From Steroidobacteraceae bacterium (GTDB taxonomy: Bacteria > Pseudomonadota > Gammaproteobacteria > Steroidobacterales > Steroidobacteraceae), in the NCBI GenBank assembly GCA_039924385.1, contig JBDTAV010000007.1:13015-77014 (forward strand): 64,000 nucleotides of DNA, given 5' to 3'. The notes beneath the pieces were generated by a model. The model saw only the letters and a program-made list of their open reading frames with translations. It was not told the DNA's origin and searched no databases. Both the position numbers and the translations under genes were made by a program. The first letter of the stretch is position 1; each line of letters opens with the position of its first letter. Shown here piece after piece: positions 38,713 through 47,589 of this stretch.

Positions 38713-39241
38713 TCAAGGTGGATCAATGCTGTCCGACCGCGTCATTCTGAAGGCAGCGGGATGAATTTCGTTTCGCCCGGCACCGGAATTCCACCCAATA
38801 TGGCGCGGCGCGGGAAAGCGATTGCCGCCCAGCAGCCTGGCGCTCGCCTTGCCATCGGCGCGCAATCGGATCTGCATTCCAGGCGCGAGCGCGGCGAGTT
38901 CACCGTGCACCACATACACTGCACGCTCTTCATGCTCCGCGGGCATCTCTAGAACCGCACCCGGCGCAAAGCGCGCCGTCGAGGACGCGCTGCGGAATCA
39001 CACTCGAAGGAGAGTGCGTGAAGTTCGGCTCGCCATCCTCGTGGCCATCGGGCAGCGCCACCCAGCTTTTGCGGATGCGGCGTACGTCAATTCCATGAGC
39101 CGGCTCGAATTGCGTCGGGCCCATGTGATCAAAGAAAATGAATGGGCCGACCATCTGCCGTCCTGCGGCGGGCTGCACGCGGCGCACGACGAAGCCGCCG
39201 AGATCGCGCTGCCGCGCTTCCATTAACTGTAAAATACCCAT
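38713..39241 (-). pseudogene. pirin family gene, degraded (internal deletions plus frameshift)
   Basis: From ATG 39241 the frame reads RDLGGFVVRRVQP..MVGPFIFFDHMGP...GIDVR, then skips the PHPH cupin metal-site core and resumes at SWVALPDGHEDGEPNF. A stop at 38930 is followed by a +1-frame segment, PAEHEERAVYVV...LLGG...PRHIGWN. In total about 175 codons where I remember roughly 290 aa for intact homologues. Confidence 0.65.
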
Positions 39242-39372
39242 GGGCCGCCGCTCGTGTTTAGTCTTCGCTCCGATCATTATGGCATTTGAGAACCTCGGGG
39301 CCGGGAAGTTCGACAGCCGCCGGGCTTTAGGTGTCGATCGGTTTGTCGTTAAACGCGGACATGGGCCGCGCG

Positions 39373-39392
39373 TTCTTGATGGATTCTTGATG
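39373..39392 (+). repeat. direct repeat TTCTTGATG x2 with 11-bp periodicity upstream of the pseudokinase gene
   Basis: ttcttgatg-ga-ttcttgatg, read directly, 46 nt upstream of the ATG at 39438. The geometry fits a winged-helix response-regulator site, but this is speculative. Confidence 0.3.
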
Positions 39393-39437
39393 ATATGTTC
39401 GTATGGCTAGGGAGTTGTTAGGTCTGGAGGCCACCCG

Positions 39438-40709
39438 ATGACCGAGACCGAGATCTGGACGAAGTGGGAGAGCCAAGTTGTCAACGGCATCTTTCCTCTG
39501 CGCCGCTTTTTGGGCCGATCAAATCACAGTGTTGTATTTCTTACCGAATGCCCGGCGCAGAACCTCGCCAATGCCGCCATTAAGATCATCCCGGCGGACC
39601 CGGCGCGCGCGGAATCGCAACTCTCACGCTGGCAACTGGCCGCGTCGCTGTCTCATCCGCACCTGATCCGCCTGCTCGAGGCGGGGCGCTGCAAGTTAGG
39701 GGGACATCCATTCCTTTTTGTCGTCACGGAGTATGCCGAGCAAAACCTCGCGCAAATACTTCCGCATCGGGCTCTGACCGTTCCGGAGGTGCGGGAAATG
39801 CTGATTCCCGCACTCGATGCCCTGGCCTTCCTGCACCGTCAAAACTTGGTGCAGGGCCGGCTGAAGCCGACAAACTTTCTGGTCGTCAATGATCAGCTGA
39901 AGCTGGCGAGCGATACGATTCGGGCGGCGGGCGATGCCGCCGGAACTGACCTTGCTGCAGATATGCAGGCACTCGGCGCCACCATTGTGGAGGCGTTGAC
40001 CCAAGTTCGGCCCGGGCTCAAGAGCCCGGCAGAGCCGCCCTCGTTGCCGGCAAGTCTTTCTCCGGCACTCGCGGATGCCTTGCTACGGACCTTGAGTCCG
40101 GCGCCGCGTAACCGACCGACTGTTGCCGAGCTGCGAAATCGAGCCGATCCCCCATCCGAGGCGCTCGCAGCGCCACCGCCCACAGTGTCTGCACAGGCGG
40201 CCGCCGTTGCTCCGCCTGCGGCTTCAGGCCGCGAGACTCGGCCGCGCTGGCTCATCCCCGCCGCCGCGCTGGGGCTGGTACTGCTCGCGGTCTGGGCCGG
40301 CAGCCGCCTGTTGCGCAGCCACACCGGCTCCGCACCGCCCCATGCGGAGGCGATGGCTCCGCTACAAACCGCCGCGCCCGCGGCGGCGCCATCTTCGGAA
40401 ACCGTCCCGTCCCCGGCATCGCCGCTGGTGCACGAAGAGATTCCGTCTGTGCCGCGCGGCGCGCGCGATTCCATCCGTGGTCAAATCAAGGTCGCGGTTC
40501 GCGTGACCGTTGATCGCGCAGGAAACGTCGTCGCCGAGAACCTGGAGGTCCATGGTTCGAGCAGGTATTTTGCGCGGCTCGCCACCGATGCCGCGAGGAA
40601 GTGGAAGTTTGCGCCGGCCGACAATCAGGCCCCGCGCGAGTGGCTGGTGCAGTTCGAATTTTCGCGCAACGGCGTCACAGGACATGCGGTTCCCCGCGTC
40701 AAACCGTAA
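39438..40709 (+). CDS. Hanks-type kinase-like (predicted pseudokinase) / single TM / TonB C-terminal domain fusion protein
   Basis: 423 aa with a GGAGG SD at 7 nt. Kinase-like N-domain (AAIKII, TEYAEQNL, LVQGRLKPTNFLV), a TM (WLIPAAALGLVLLAVWAG), P/A-rich linkers, and a TonB_C-like end (IRGQIKVAVRVTVDRAGNVV...AARKWKFAPA). Confidence 0.7.
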   Translation: MTETEIWTKWESQVVNGIFPLRRFLGRSNHSVVFLTECPAQNLANAAIKIIPADPARAESQLSRWQLAASLSHPHLIRLLEAGRCKLGGHPFLFVVTEYAEQNLAQILPHRALTVPEVREMLIPALDALAFLHRQNLVQGRLKPTNFLVVNDQLKLASDTIRAAGDAAGTDLAADMQALGATIVEALTQVRPGLKSPAEPPSLPASLSPALADALLRTLSPAPRNRPTVAELRNRADPPSEALAAPPPTVSAQAAAVAPPAASGRETRPRWLIPAAALGLVLLAVWAGSRLLRSHTGSAPPHAEAMAPLQTAAPAAAPSSETVPSPASPLVHEEIPSVPRGARDSIRGQIKVAVRVTVDRAGNVVAENLEVHGSSRYFARLATDAARKWKFAPADNQAPREWLVQFEFSRNGVTGHAVPRVKP

Positions 40710-40736
40710 TGCGCGTTCCTCGCAGATGACGAGCTA

Positions 40737-42206
40737 TTATTTTGCGCCCGCTGCAGCGCGCGGCGGCTTTAACCGCTCGACCCGCGCCGCGACCGCCTGA
40801 ATATAGTCCAATGTCTGCTGCTTGGTGCGGCCTTCGGTGATGGCATGCGGCATCAGTTGACCATGCGTGGCGTCCATTGCAAACGACGGATGCGTCACGG
40901 CGACCGGAGGCAGCGGCGTGGCGGCCTTCATGGACAGATCGAGACTCATGGCAATTCTTGAGAATGAGTTTGTCGCATGATCAGGCATTTCGGCGGCCGG
41001 CGCGTTGGGAACCGCGGCGGTCAGCGACGCCTGCGCGGGTTGCCCAAGCATCGAGGCGATCGCGTCGCCGTCGGTTCTCATGGCGGGGAGCGAACAAATC
41101 GATTCAATGGAATTGGCCGCTTGCCCGCGCGCGCCTAAGCTTGCGTTGACGCCGAACAGGTTCATCACTGTCTTGATGATGGAGGTGTGATCGAAGACAT
41201 GGCCGGGGAACGCTTGACTGCCGAGTCCTCCCTGAGCAATCCACGGCGATATCGCGACGGCAGGGACGCGCACACCCAATCGATCAAATGCAAAGTTTTG
41301 CGGATTCTCGGCTCGGCCATGATTCTGCGTTCCGTCATTCGGCGCAATCGCGGCGGGCGGATTCTGATGATCGAAGAACGCGCCATGTTCGTCATAGGTG
41401 ATGATCAACAAGCTTTGCGGCCACACGGGAGAATTACGAATAGCCTCGTAAACGTATTGAATGAACGCCTCGCCCGCGGCCATCGAGCCGATTGGATGCT
41501 GACAATTGCCGTTCTGGAAGCCGCCGGTCGCCAATCCGTAATTGGGCTCGATGAAGGTGTAGTCGACATCGAAACCGCGGGCCAGATCGTCGATGAAGAA
41601 CTGATTTTCGCCGGCTTTCAGCCAGGAGAACTGCCCGGTATTCAGCCGAAACGGATCGATCATGTCCTTGATGGCGAGAACCTGCGGAAACAAATCGTCG
41701 TGGTAAACGCGCCAGCTGCGATTCGCCTGCTGCAAGCGGCTGTAGAGCGTGCCGTTCGGAAAGCTGAAGCTCAACGAGTCGACGGTTTCGCTCTCGATCG
41801 TGGTGGCCGCGGAGGGGCTGTTATCGAGTCCGCCCGAGGAACCTGCGTGCACGAAAAATCGATTCGGCCAGGTCGGCCCGGGCATCGAGGAATACCAGTT
41901 GTCGAACAGGAAGTATTGCCCGGCCAAGGTGTGCAAAATCGGCAGCGCGCCGGCGCCAAATCCCTGGCGGGACACGTTCCAATAGGATTGCTGCGCGAAA
42001 CCCGACATGGGCGGACTTCCGCTGATTTGCGCCGCCACGTCCTCGAACTCGTGCGGCGGATCAAGCGGCGCCCGGTCCGGCGCGTCCGCGGTCATGCCCC
42101 AGTTTACAGCGGGAGGCGCAACGCCGCTTTGTCCCGAGAATGCGAACAGATGATCGAACGAACGATTCTCGAGCATGAGGACAAAGACATGTTTTATGTC
42201 GGCCAT
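40737..42206 (-). CDS. phosphoesterase family protein (phospholipase C / AcpA acid phosphatase family), no signal peptide
   Basis: 489 aa beginning directly with the family N-terminal motif IKHVFVLMLENRSFDHLFAF. Later YDEHGAFFDH and VPAVAISPW motifs. Confidence 0.75.
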   Translation of the reverse strand: MADIKHVFVLMLENRSFDHLFAFSGQSGVAPPAVNWGMTADAPDRAPLDPPHEFEDVAAQISGSPPMSGFAQQSYWNVSRQGFGAGALPILHTLAGQYFLFDNWYSSMPGPTWPNRFFVHAGSSGGLDNSPSAATTIESETVDSLSFSFPNGTLYSRLQQANRSWRVYHDDLFPQVLAIKDMIDPFRLNTGQFSWLKAGENQFFIDDLARGFDVDYTFIEPNYGLATGGFQNGNCQHPIGSMAAGEAFIQYVYEAIRNSPVWPQSLLIITYDEHGAFFDHQNPPAAIAPNDGTQNHGRAENPQNFAFDRLGVRVPAVAISPWIAQGGLGSQAFPGHVFDHTSIIKTVMNLFGVNASLGARGQAANSIESICSLPAMRTDGDAIASMLGQPAQASLTAAVPNAPAAEMPDHATNSFSRIAMSLDLSMKAATPLPPVAVTHPSFAMDATHGQLMPHAITEGRTKQQTLDYIQAVAARVERLKPPRAAAGAK

Positions 42207-42235
42207 TGGACCAGATCGCCGCTGCTCATAGGGCC

Positions 42236-43681
42236 TTAGCCCGCCGGTGTTGTGAGCGTCTTCAAGAACAGATAATAGAATTCGACGCCCGTGTAGTAAG
42301 CATCAATTTTGAGGCGTTCGTCCCGGCCATGCGCCCTGTCGTCGGCGCGCTCGACCGCGACTCCGTTAATGCCATAGCTCGGGATTCCGGCATTCATGGT
42401 GTAAATGCTGTCCGACGCGCCGGCTTCCATGATCGGCAACACAGTGAAACCCGGCCATAACTTGGCAGAGACGCTGCGCAGGGAATTCATGACATCGTCG
42501 CGCAGCGGCGGCGGCGCCATGGCTCTGCGGTCCGACCCGTGGTCCGTCAATTCTCCGGTGTCGCTGCGGTAGCGTACGTTTAGTTTCGGATCGTTGAAGA
42601 GCTTCGTCAGCTGCAACCGGATCTCCTCCTGTGAATGGCCGGGGAAAATGCGGCAGTTCACGTTGGCTTCGGCCCGTCCCGGCAGCGCATTGGGCGCATG
42701 ACCGCCGCTCAACATGGTCGCCACGCAGGTGGTGCGCATGACGGAGTTCATGTGCGTATCCTGCGACAGCCGCTCAACCGCCTTCGCATCGGGCGGCACC
42801 GCCAGGATGACGCGTAGATCAGCGGCCGTCTGCCCGGTTTCGATCTTGGCCATTTGCGCGAAATACTCGCGCGTCACGGGATTCAGCTCGAAAGGGAACG
42901 TCCACTTCTGCAAGGCCACGAGTGCATTGGCCACGTGGTAAATCGCGTTGTCGGGGGTGGGCAGCGAGCTGTGGCCGCCCGGGTTCGTGGCGAGCACCTG
43001 AAAATCACCGTAGAGTTTTTCGGTTGCTTCGAATCCCACAATCTGCGGCTTGTCCGGGCGCACGCCGCCCGCGTCGGGATTCAAGGCGAACTCGGCATTA
43101 ATCAGTTCGCGGTGATTCTTGAGCAGCCAGTCCACTCCGTTGAACTTGCCGTTTTCTTCGTCGGCCGTCAGCGCCAGGATGATGTCGCGATCGGGAACGA
43201 ATCCCTCCTTTTTCATACGGATGAAGTTGGTCACCGCTATGGCGTCGCTGTCCTTCATGTCCTGGGTACCGCGGCCATAGTAGTAGCCGTCTTTCTCGAC
43301 GAACTGGAATGGATCGGTAGTCCAATCCTCGCGCTTTGCCTCAACGACGTCCAAGTGTCCGATGATCAGAACCGGCTTTAATTTCGACCCTGCCTTACCG
43401 CGATATCGGGCGACCATGTTGCCCTTGCGGTCATTGGGTCCCAGCACGACCACATCCGCCTTGGGAAATCCCGCCTCGAGCAAACGCTTCGCCATGGCCT
43501 GCGCCGCCACGGTGGTGCTGCCCACCGAATCGGTGGTATTGATTTCAATCAGCTGCTTAAAGATGTCGTGCGCGTTCTTGCGCGTGACCGCATCGACTTC
43601 CGTATTCGCGGGGGCTACCGCGTGCGCGCACAGGCCGAAAAGAATCGCGGCAATGCCGCCGGCTGCAGTACGATATTTCAA
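42236..43681 (-). CDS. M20 family metallopeptidase, secreted
   Basis: M20 motifs ([22 protein letters not shown]). The TTG start at 43681 follows GGGAGA at 7 nt and gives a signal peptide ([20 protein letters not shown]). The longer ORF would run into the folE promoter region. Confidence 0.75.
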   Translation of the reverse strand: MKYRTAAGGIAAILFGLCAHAVAPANTEVDAVTRKNAHDIFKQLIEINTTDSVGSTTVAAQAMAKRLLEAGFPKADVVVLGPNDRKGNMVARYRGKAGSKLKPVLIIGHLDVVEAKREDWTTDPFQFVEKDGYYYGRGTQDMKDSDAIAVTNFIRMKKEGFVPDRDIILALTADEENGKFNGVDWLLKNHRELINAEFALNPDAGGVRPDKPQIVGFEATEKLYGDFQVLATNPGGHSSLPTPDNAIYHVANALVALQKWTFPFELNPVTREYFAQMAKIETGQTAADLRVILAVPPDAKAVERLSQDTHMNSVMRTTCVATMLSGGHAPNALPGRAEANVNCRIFPGHSQEEIRLQLTKLFNDPKLNVRYRSDTGELTDHGSDRRAMAPPPLRDDVMNSLRSVSAKLWPGFTVLPIMEAGASDSIYTMNAGIPSYGINGVAVERADDRAHGRDERLKIDAYYTGVEFYYLFLKTLTTPAG

Positions 43682-43774
43682 GAATTGTTCTCCCAGTGGA
43701 TACGAGGATCGAGTCTCAGGCAGCCATGCTATCGTATGCGCCGCTTTGGCGCGTGGCGCATTGGAGATTCGCGA

Positions 43775-44377
43775 ATGGCTCAAAGGAAGAACAGCAAAGT
43801 GACCCGCACCGCCGCGGAAGCGGCGGTGCAAACCCTATTGCGCTGGGCGGGCGAAGACCCGCGGCGCGAGGGCTTGCGCGAAACGCCGAAACGGGTCGTG
43901 AATGCCTATCGAGATTGGTTCTCCGGTTATTCCAGCGATCCCGGCGCCTACTTGCGCCGTACCTTCGAGGAGGTCGAGGGCTACGACGAAATGGTGGTCC
44001 TGCGCGATATCTCGTTCGAATCGTTCTGCGAGCATCATATGGCGCCCATTATCGGGCGTGCGCACGTCGGCTATCTGCCGAGCGACCGGGTGGTGGGTAT
44101 CAGCAAGCTGGCGCGGGTCGTCGACGGCTACGCCCGCCGTTTCCAGGTTCAGGAAAAACTTACGGCCCAGATCGCCGCATGCATCAATGACGTGCTCAAG
44201 CCCCGAGGAGTGGGCGTCGTGATTGACGCGGTTCACCAGTGCATGACGACGCGCGGGGTCCACAAGCGCGGGGTATCCCTGGTGACCAGCAAAATGCTCG
44301 GCACGTTCCGTGCTGACGCCAGTACGCGCGCGGAATTCCTGCGATTTATTGCCATTGAAGGCAGTAATCAACGCTAG
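43775..44377 (+). CDS. folE: GTP cyclohydrolase I (FolE type 1)
   Basis: 200 aa from [16 protein letters not shown], the CEHHMAPI zinc motif and QVQEKLT. GGAGA SD. Confidence 0.9.
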   Translation: MAQRKNSKVTRTAAEAAVQTLLRWAGEDPRREGLRETPKRVVNAYRDWFSGYSSDPGAYLRRTFEEVEGYDEMVVLRDISFESFCEHHMAPIIGRAHVGYLPSDRVVGISKLARVVDGYARRFQVQEKLTAQIAACINDVLKPRGVGVVIDAVHQCMTTRGVHKRGVSLVTSKMLGTFRADASTRAEFLRFIAIEGSNQR

Positions 44378-44389
44378 TTGGACAGGCGC

Positions 44390-44758
44390 TTAGTTTCTCG
44401 GCGGCGGGATCTTGGGCAGCGCTCGCACGGGCACCAGCTCGACCGAAAAGCTGTAGTTGTGGCGCTCCCCGGGCTGAAGCGCGCCGACACCGACGACCTG
44501 GCGCGTGATTTTTTCGCCCTTTTCGTTGGTAATTGCGATCACCACGCAGTATTCGCACTGCTCGCCGCGGGCGGGGTGATGAATGGTCCCCTCGATTCGC
44601 ATGGCGGACAGCGCCTGAGCCGCGGGCTCGGCGTTGACCGTGTTGAAGCGCAGGTGGTGTTGGCACCCCGGGCAGATGTTCGCACTTTGTAAAACCGTGG
44701 CCTTACAGTGCGGACATACCCGGGTCGCGCCGAGTGTGCTCTGGCGAGCGACGCTCAT
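44390..44758 (-). CDS. zinc-ribbon domain protein (hypothetical)
   Basis: 122 aa. N-terminal CPHC-x13-CPGC ribbon and a beta-rich C-terminal part. It lies 12 nt downstream of the bactofilin gene on the same strand. Confidence 0.55.
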   Translation of the reverse strand: MSVARQSTLGATRVCPHCKATVLQSANICPGCQHHLRFNTVNAEPAAQALSAMRIEGTIHHPARGEQCEYCVVIAITNEKGEKITRQVVGVGALQPGERHNYSFSVELVPVRALPKIPPPRN

Positions 44759-44769
44759 GAGACAGGCTC

Positions 44770-45288
44770 CTAGCTACCGCTGCTGCTGACCAGGCCCTTG
44801 ATTTTTCCTTTCTCGTCTTCCCAGCCGAATTCGACGTGCCCACGCATGCGTGAGCCAGCCGCAACCGTGATGGAGCCGGCCTTGACGTCACCGACGATGA
44901 CACCGCCCTCGAGCACATCGACTCGCTTGGCCGACTCAATATTGCCCTGCAGTTCGCCGCCGACGACCACGATGCCCGCCAGCACCTGGCCGGTCAAGTG
45001 CGCGCCGCTATCCATGGTGAAGTTCCCGTCAATTCGCACATCGCCCTTGAAACGGCCCGCCATCCGCACATTTCCCGAACCTTCAATCTTGCCTTCGATG
45101 GACAGGTTTGCCGCGATCACCGACTCTCCGCCCTCGACGGCGGTTTTCGGCGTGGGGCGGCGCGGCGAAACGGCCAGCCCCGGATCGTTAATGGTACGTT
45201 CCGGCGGGTTTCTTTCAGGCGCGATCGCCGATGAGGGAACGGATGAACCCGCAGGGACGGGCGTGGGGTTTTCTTTCCAAAGCGCCAT
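44770..45288 (-). CDS. bactofilin family cytoskeletal protein
   Basis: 172 aa. Pro-rich N-terminal tail, then repeats typical of the bactofilin beta-helix (IEGKIEGSGNVRMAGRFKGDVRIDGNFTMDSGAHLTGQV...GDVKAGSITVAAGSRMRG). Confidence 0.8.
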   Translation of the reverse strand: MALWKENPTPVPAGSSVPSSAIAPERNPPERTINDPGLAVSPRRPTPKTAVEGGESVIAANLSIEGKIEGSGNVRMAGRFKGDVRIDGNFTMDSGAHLTGQVLAGIVVVGGELQGNIESAKRVDVLEGGVIVGDVKAGSITVAAGSRMRGHVEFGWEDEKGKIKGLVSSSGS

Positions 45289-45437
45289 AAAGTAACTCTC
45301 CCGCTATTGAGTGGCTAAAGCGTACACGCTAACCCCGCCAAATGTCATCGCCTACTGTCTTTTATTGGAGACGGTAAGATCTCGGCGCTCGCGCCAACGA
45401 TATAATGCTCGGCAATTAAGGACTGGGGTATTAACTT

Positions 45438-46643
45438 TTGTTTCAAAATCTCGAGCGGCTGGTATCCGATTCCATTCTCGGCTTGATGGCGAAATATCGA
45501 GCAGATCCTTTCAAGCATAAGGTCGACCTCGGGGTAGGGGTCTACCGCGACCTGTCGGGCAATACGCCGATCCTGGAATGCGTCCGCAGAGCGGAAAAGG
45601 AGGTTCTGGCGGCCCAAACAACCAAGGCTTACGTGGGCGCGGCCGGGCGCGAGGAATTCAACAACGCCCTGGAGGAGTTGGTGCTCGGCGCCGGTCACCC
45701 CGCACGCCAGGAACGGCGTGCGCGCACCCTTCAGTGTCCGGGCGGCTGCGGTGCGCTGCGGGTGGGAGCGGAACTCATTAAAGCGGCCTCGGCCAGCACC
45801 GTGGTGTACTTGAGCGACCCGACCTGGGGGAATCATGCTCCCTTGTTGGGAGGCTGCGGACTCAAACTCGAGCGCTACCCCTACTACCAGGCCCAAGCGC
45901 ATGAATTGCGCTTCGATGCCATGCTGCAGCGCCTCCAAGCGGCATCCGAGGGCGATGTCGTATTGATCCATGCCTGCTGCCATAACCCCACCGGCGCTGA
46001 CCTTGGTGCCGAACAGTGGCAGGCGCTCACCGAACTTCTGCTGCGCCGCAAGCTGGTCCCTTATTTGGATCTTGCGTACCAGGGATTTGGCACCTCGCTC
46101 GAAGCCGATGCGGCTCCCATCCGGATGGTCGTGGAACGCATGCCCGAGGCGCTCATCGCCGTGTCGTTTTCCAAGAACCTGGGCCTGTACCGCGAACGCG
46201 TCGGCGGCTTGATCGTCGTCAGCGAGAATGCGGCGCGCGCGGATGCAGTGCAAACGCACATGCTGCACATCGCGCGCAGCATTTATTCCATGCCGCCTGA
46301 TCATGGCGCGGCCATCGCCGCGCGAGTCTTTGCTGAACCTCAACTGAGAGGCCTGTGGATACAGGAACTCTCTGCCATGCGCACGCGAATTCAAGGCATG
46401 CGGAATCTGTTGGCCAACCGTCTGCAGCAGGTGACGGGCGGCGACTCGTTTGATTTTATTCGCGCGCAGCACGGCATGTTTTCACTGCTCGGCGTGTCGC
46501 GCGATGCGGTCGAGCGTCTGCGTGAGAAACATCACATTTACATGACGTCCGACAGCCGCATGAATCTCGCCGGCATCATGCCGGACAATGTCGGCTACGT
46601 GGCAGAAGCGTTTGCCGCGGAAAGCGCGGTCGTTGAAGCCTAG
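45438..46643 (+). CDS. aromatic-amino-acid / aspartate aminotransferase (class I, AspC/TyrB type)
   Basis: 401 aa. The N-terminus MFQNLERLVSDSILGL parallels E. coli AspC/TyrB. The PLP-lysine motif SFSKNLGLYRERVG is present. The start codon is TTG. Confidence 0.9.
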   Translation: MFQNLERLVSDSILGLMAKYRADPFKHKVDLGVGVYRDLSGNTPILECVRRAEKEVLAAQTTKAYVGAAGREEFNNALEELVLGAGHPARQERRARTLQCPGGCGALRVGAELIKAASASTVVYLSDPTWGNHAPLLGGCGLKLERYPYYQAQAHELRFDAMLQRLQAASEGDVVLIHACCHNPTGADLGAEQWQALTELLLRRKLVPYLDLAYQGFGTSLEADAAPIRMVVERMPEALIAVSFSKNLGLYRERVGGLIVVSENAARADAVQTHMLHIARSIYSMPPDHGAAIAARVFAEPQLRGLWIQELSAMRTRIQGMRNLLANRLQQVTGGDSFDFIRAQHGMFSLLGVSRDAVERLREKHHIYMTSDSRMNLAGIMPDNVGYVAEAFAAESAVVEA

Positions 46644-46667
46644 GTCCAGGAGCTTATGCCAGGCTGC

Positions 46668-47543
46668 TTAGTTGCCCAACGCCTGGCTCAGGGCGGTGAC
46701 TTCCGCGGCCGAATCCTGCATGACGCTCAAGGTCTTCGACTGATTCATCCCCAGCCGCTTTGCGGCGGGCAGCTCTTGCAGCATGGCTTCGAGGCCGGCT
46801 ATATCGGTGCCGTACGAAACCATCAAGATGGCCACGCCGACGACGTCGGTCAAGTCGGGAGACCCGAGCTCGGTACGGGAAAAATCCTCCTGTCCCACGG
46901 CCCGCGCCATCGGCTCGGAGAATTTCCAGTTCTCCAAAATCGCCTTGCCGATCGACGGATACCAATCATTGATGATGTCATTGAGCACATCTTCGCTGGC
47001 GAATAATTCCGGATGCCCGGTCGCGCGGGTCAAGATGTACAGCTTGCCGATGCCATGCATCATGCCTGTCAGCATCGCTTCATCCGGATTCACCCGGGTG
47101 CAGGTCCGCGCGAGTACAAAGGCGTACGCCGCGACGTAAGTGCTGCGCTCCCACAGATCGTTCAAATGCGGCGCGAGACTCGCCAGCTTGTTGGCCTTGC
47201 GGATCTGATTCATCGAAAAGGAAATCGACGCGCTGCGCACCATGTTGTGGCCGATGCGCGCAATAGCCGTGCGCAGGTCCGTGACGTTTTTGCCGCTGCG
47301 ATTGATGGCGGCGGAATTCGCAATCCGCAGCAGCCGCGCGGCCAGCGCCGGCTCCGATCCCACCACCCGCACGATTTGTTCAACCCGCGTATTAGGATCG
47401 GACAGGATGCGCCTGACTTGCAGCGCTATTTCAGGAAACGACGGCAGGTCAACGTGGCCGCCCGAGAGTTCTTCGGCGAGGCTGCGTATGAAATCAAAAG
47501 CGATGCTGGATGGAGATTGCACAGGACCTAATGGATCGACCAA
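46668..47543 (-). CDS. HDOD domain-containing signalling protein
   Basis: 291 aa. HDOD pattern (LPSFPEIALQVRRILSDPN..., LLRIANSAA..., GHNMVRSASIS, HGIGKLYIL). Confidence 0.8.
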   Translation of the reverse strand: MVDPLGPVQSPSSIAFDFIRSLAEELSGGHVDLPSFPEIALQVRRILSDPNTRVEQIVRVVGSEPALAARLLRIANSAAINRSGKNVTDLRTAIARIGHNMVRSASISFSMNQIRKANKLASLAPHLNDLWERSTYVAAYAFVLARTCTRVNPDEAMLTGMMHGIGKLYILTRATGHPELFASEDVLNDIINDWYPSIGKAILENWKFSEPMARAVGQEDFSRTELGSPDLTDVVGVAILMVSYGTDIAGLEAMLQELPAAKRLGMNQSKTLSVMQDSAAEVTALSQALGN

Positions 47544-47589
47544 TTTGCTTCATCCTTGAGGGTCATAATGCACTAATCCCGGCAAACCC

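Noticed and set aside
43028-43036. TTCGAATCC, a T-psi-C-arm-like tRNA signature.
   Set aside because: It lies inside the M20 peptidase coding frame, with no acceptor or anticodon stems around it. No tRNA-like cloverleaf was found in any intergenic spacer of the window.
43736-43761. Inverted repeat ATGCGCC-N12-GGCGCAT immediately before the folE SD.
   Set aside because: It is a plausible operator or 5-prime-UTR hairpin, but it is short, matches no known motif (Zur box, riboswitch), and I cannot test its conservation.
44661-44676. TGGCAC-N5-GCAGA, a sigma-54 -24-like element.
   Set aside because: The -12 element does not match TTGC, and the site is inside the zinc-ribbon ORF in the wrong context.
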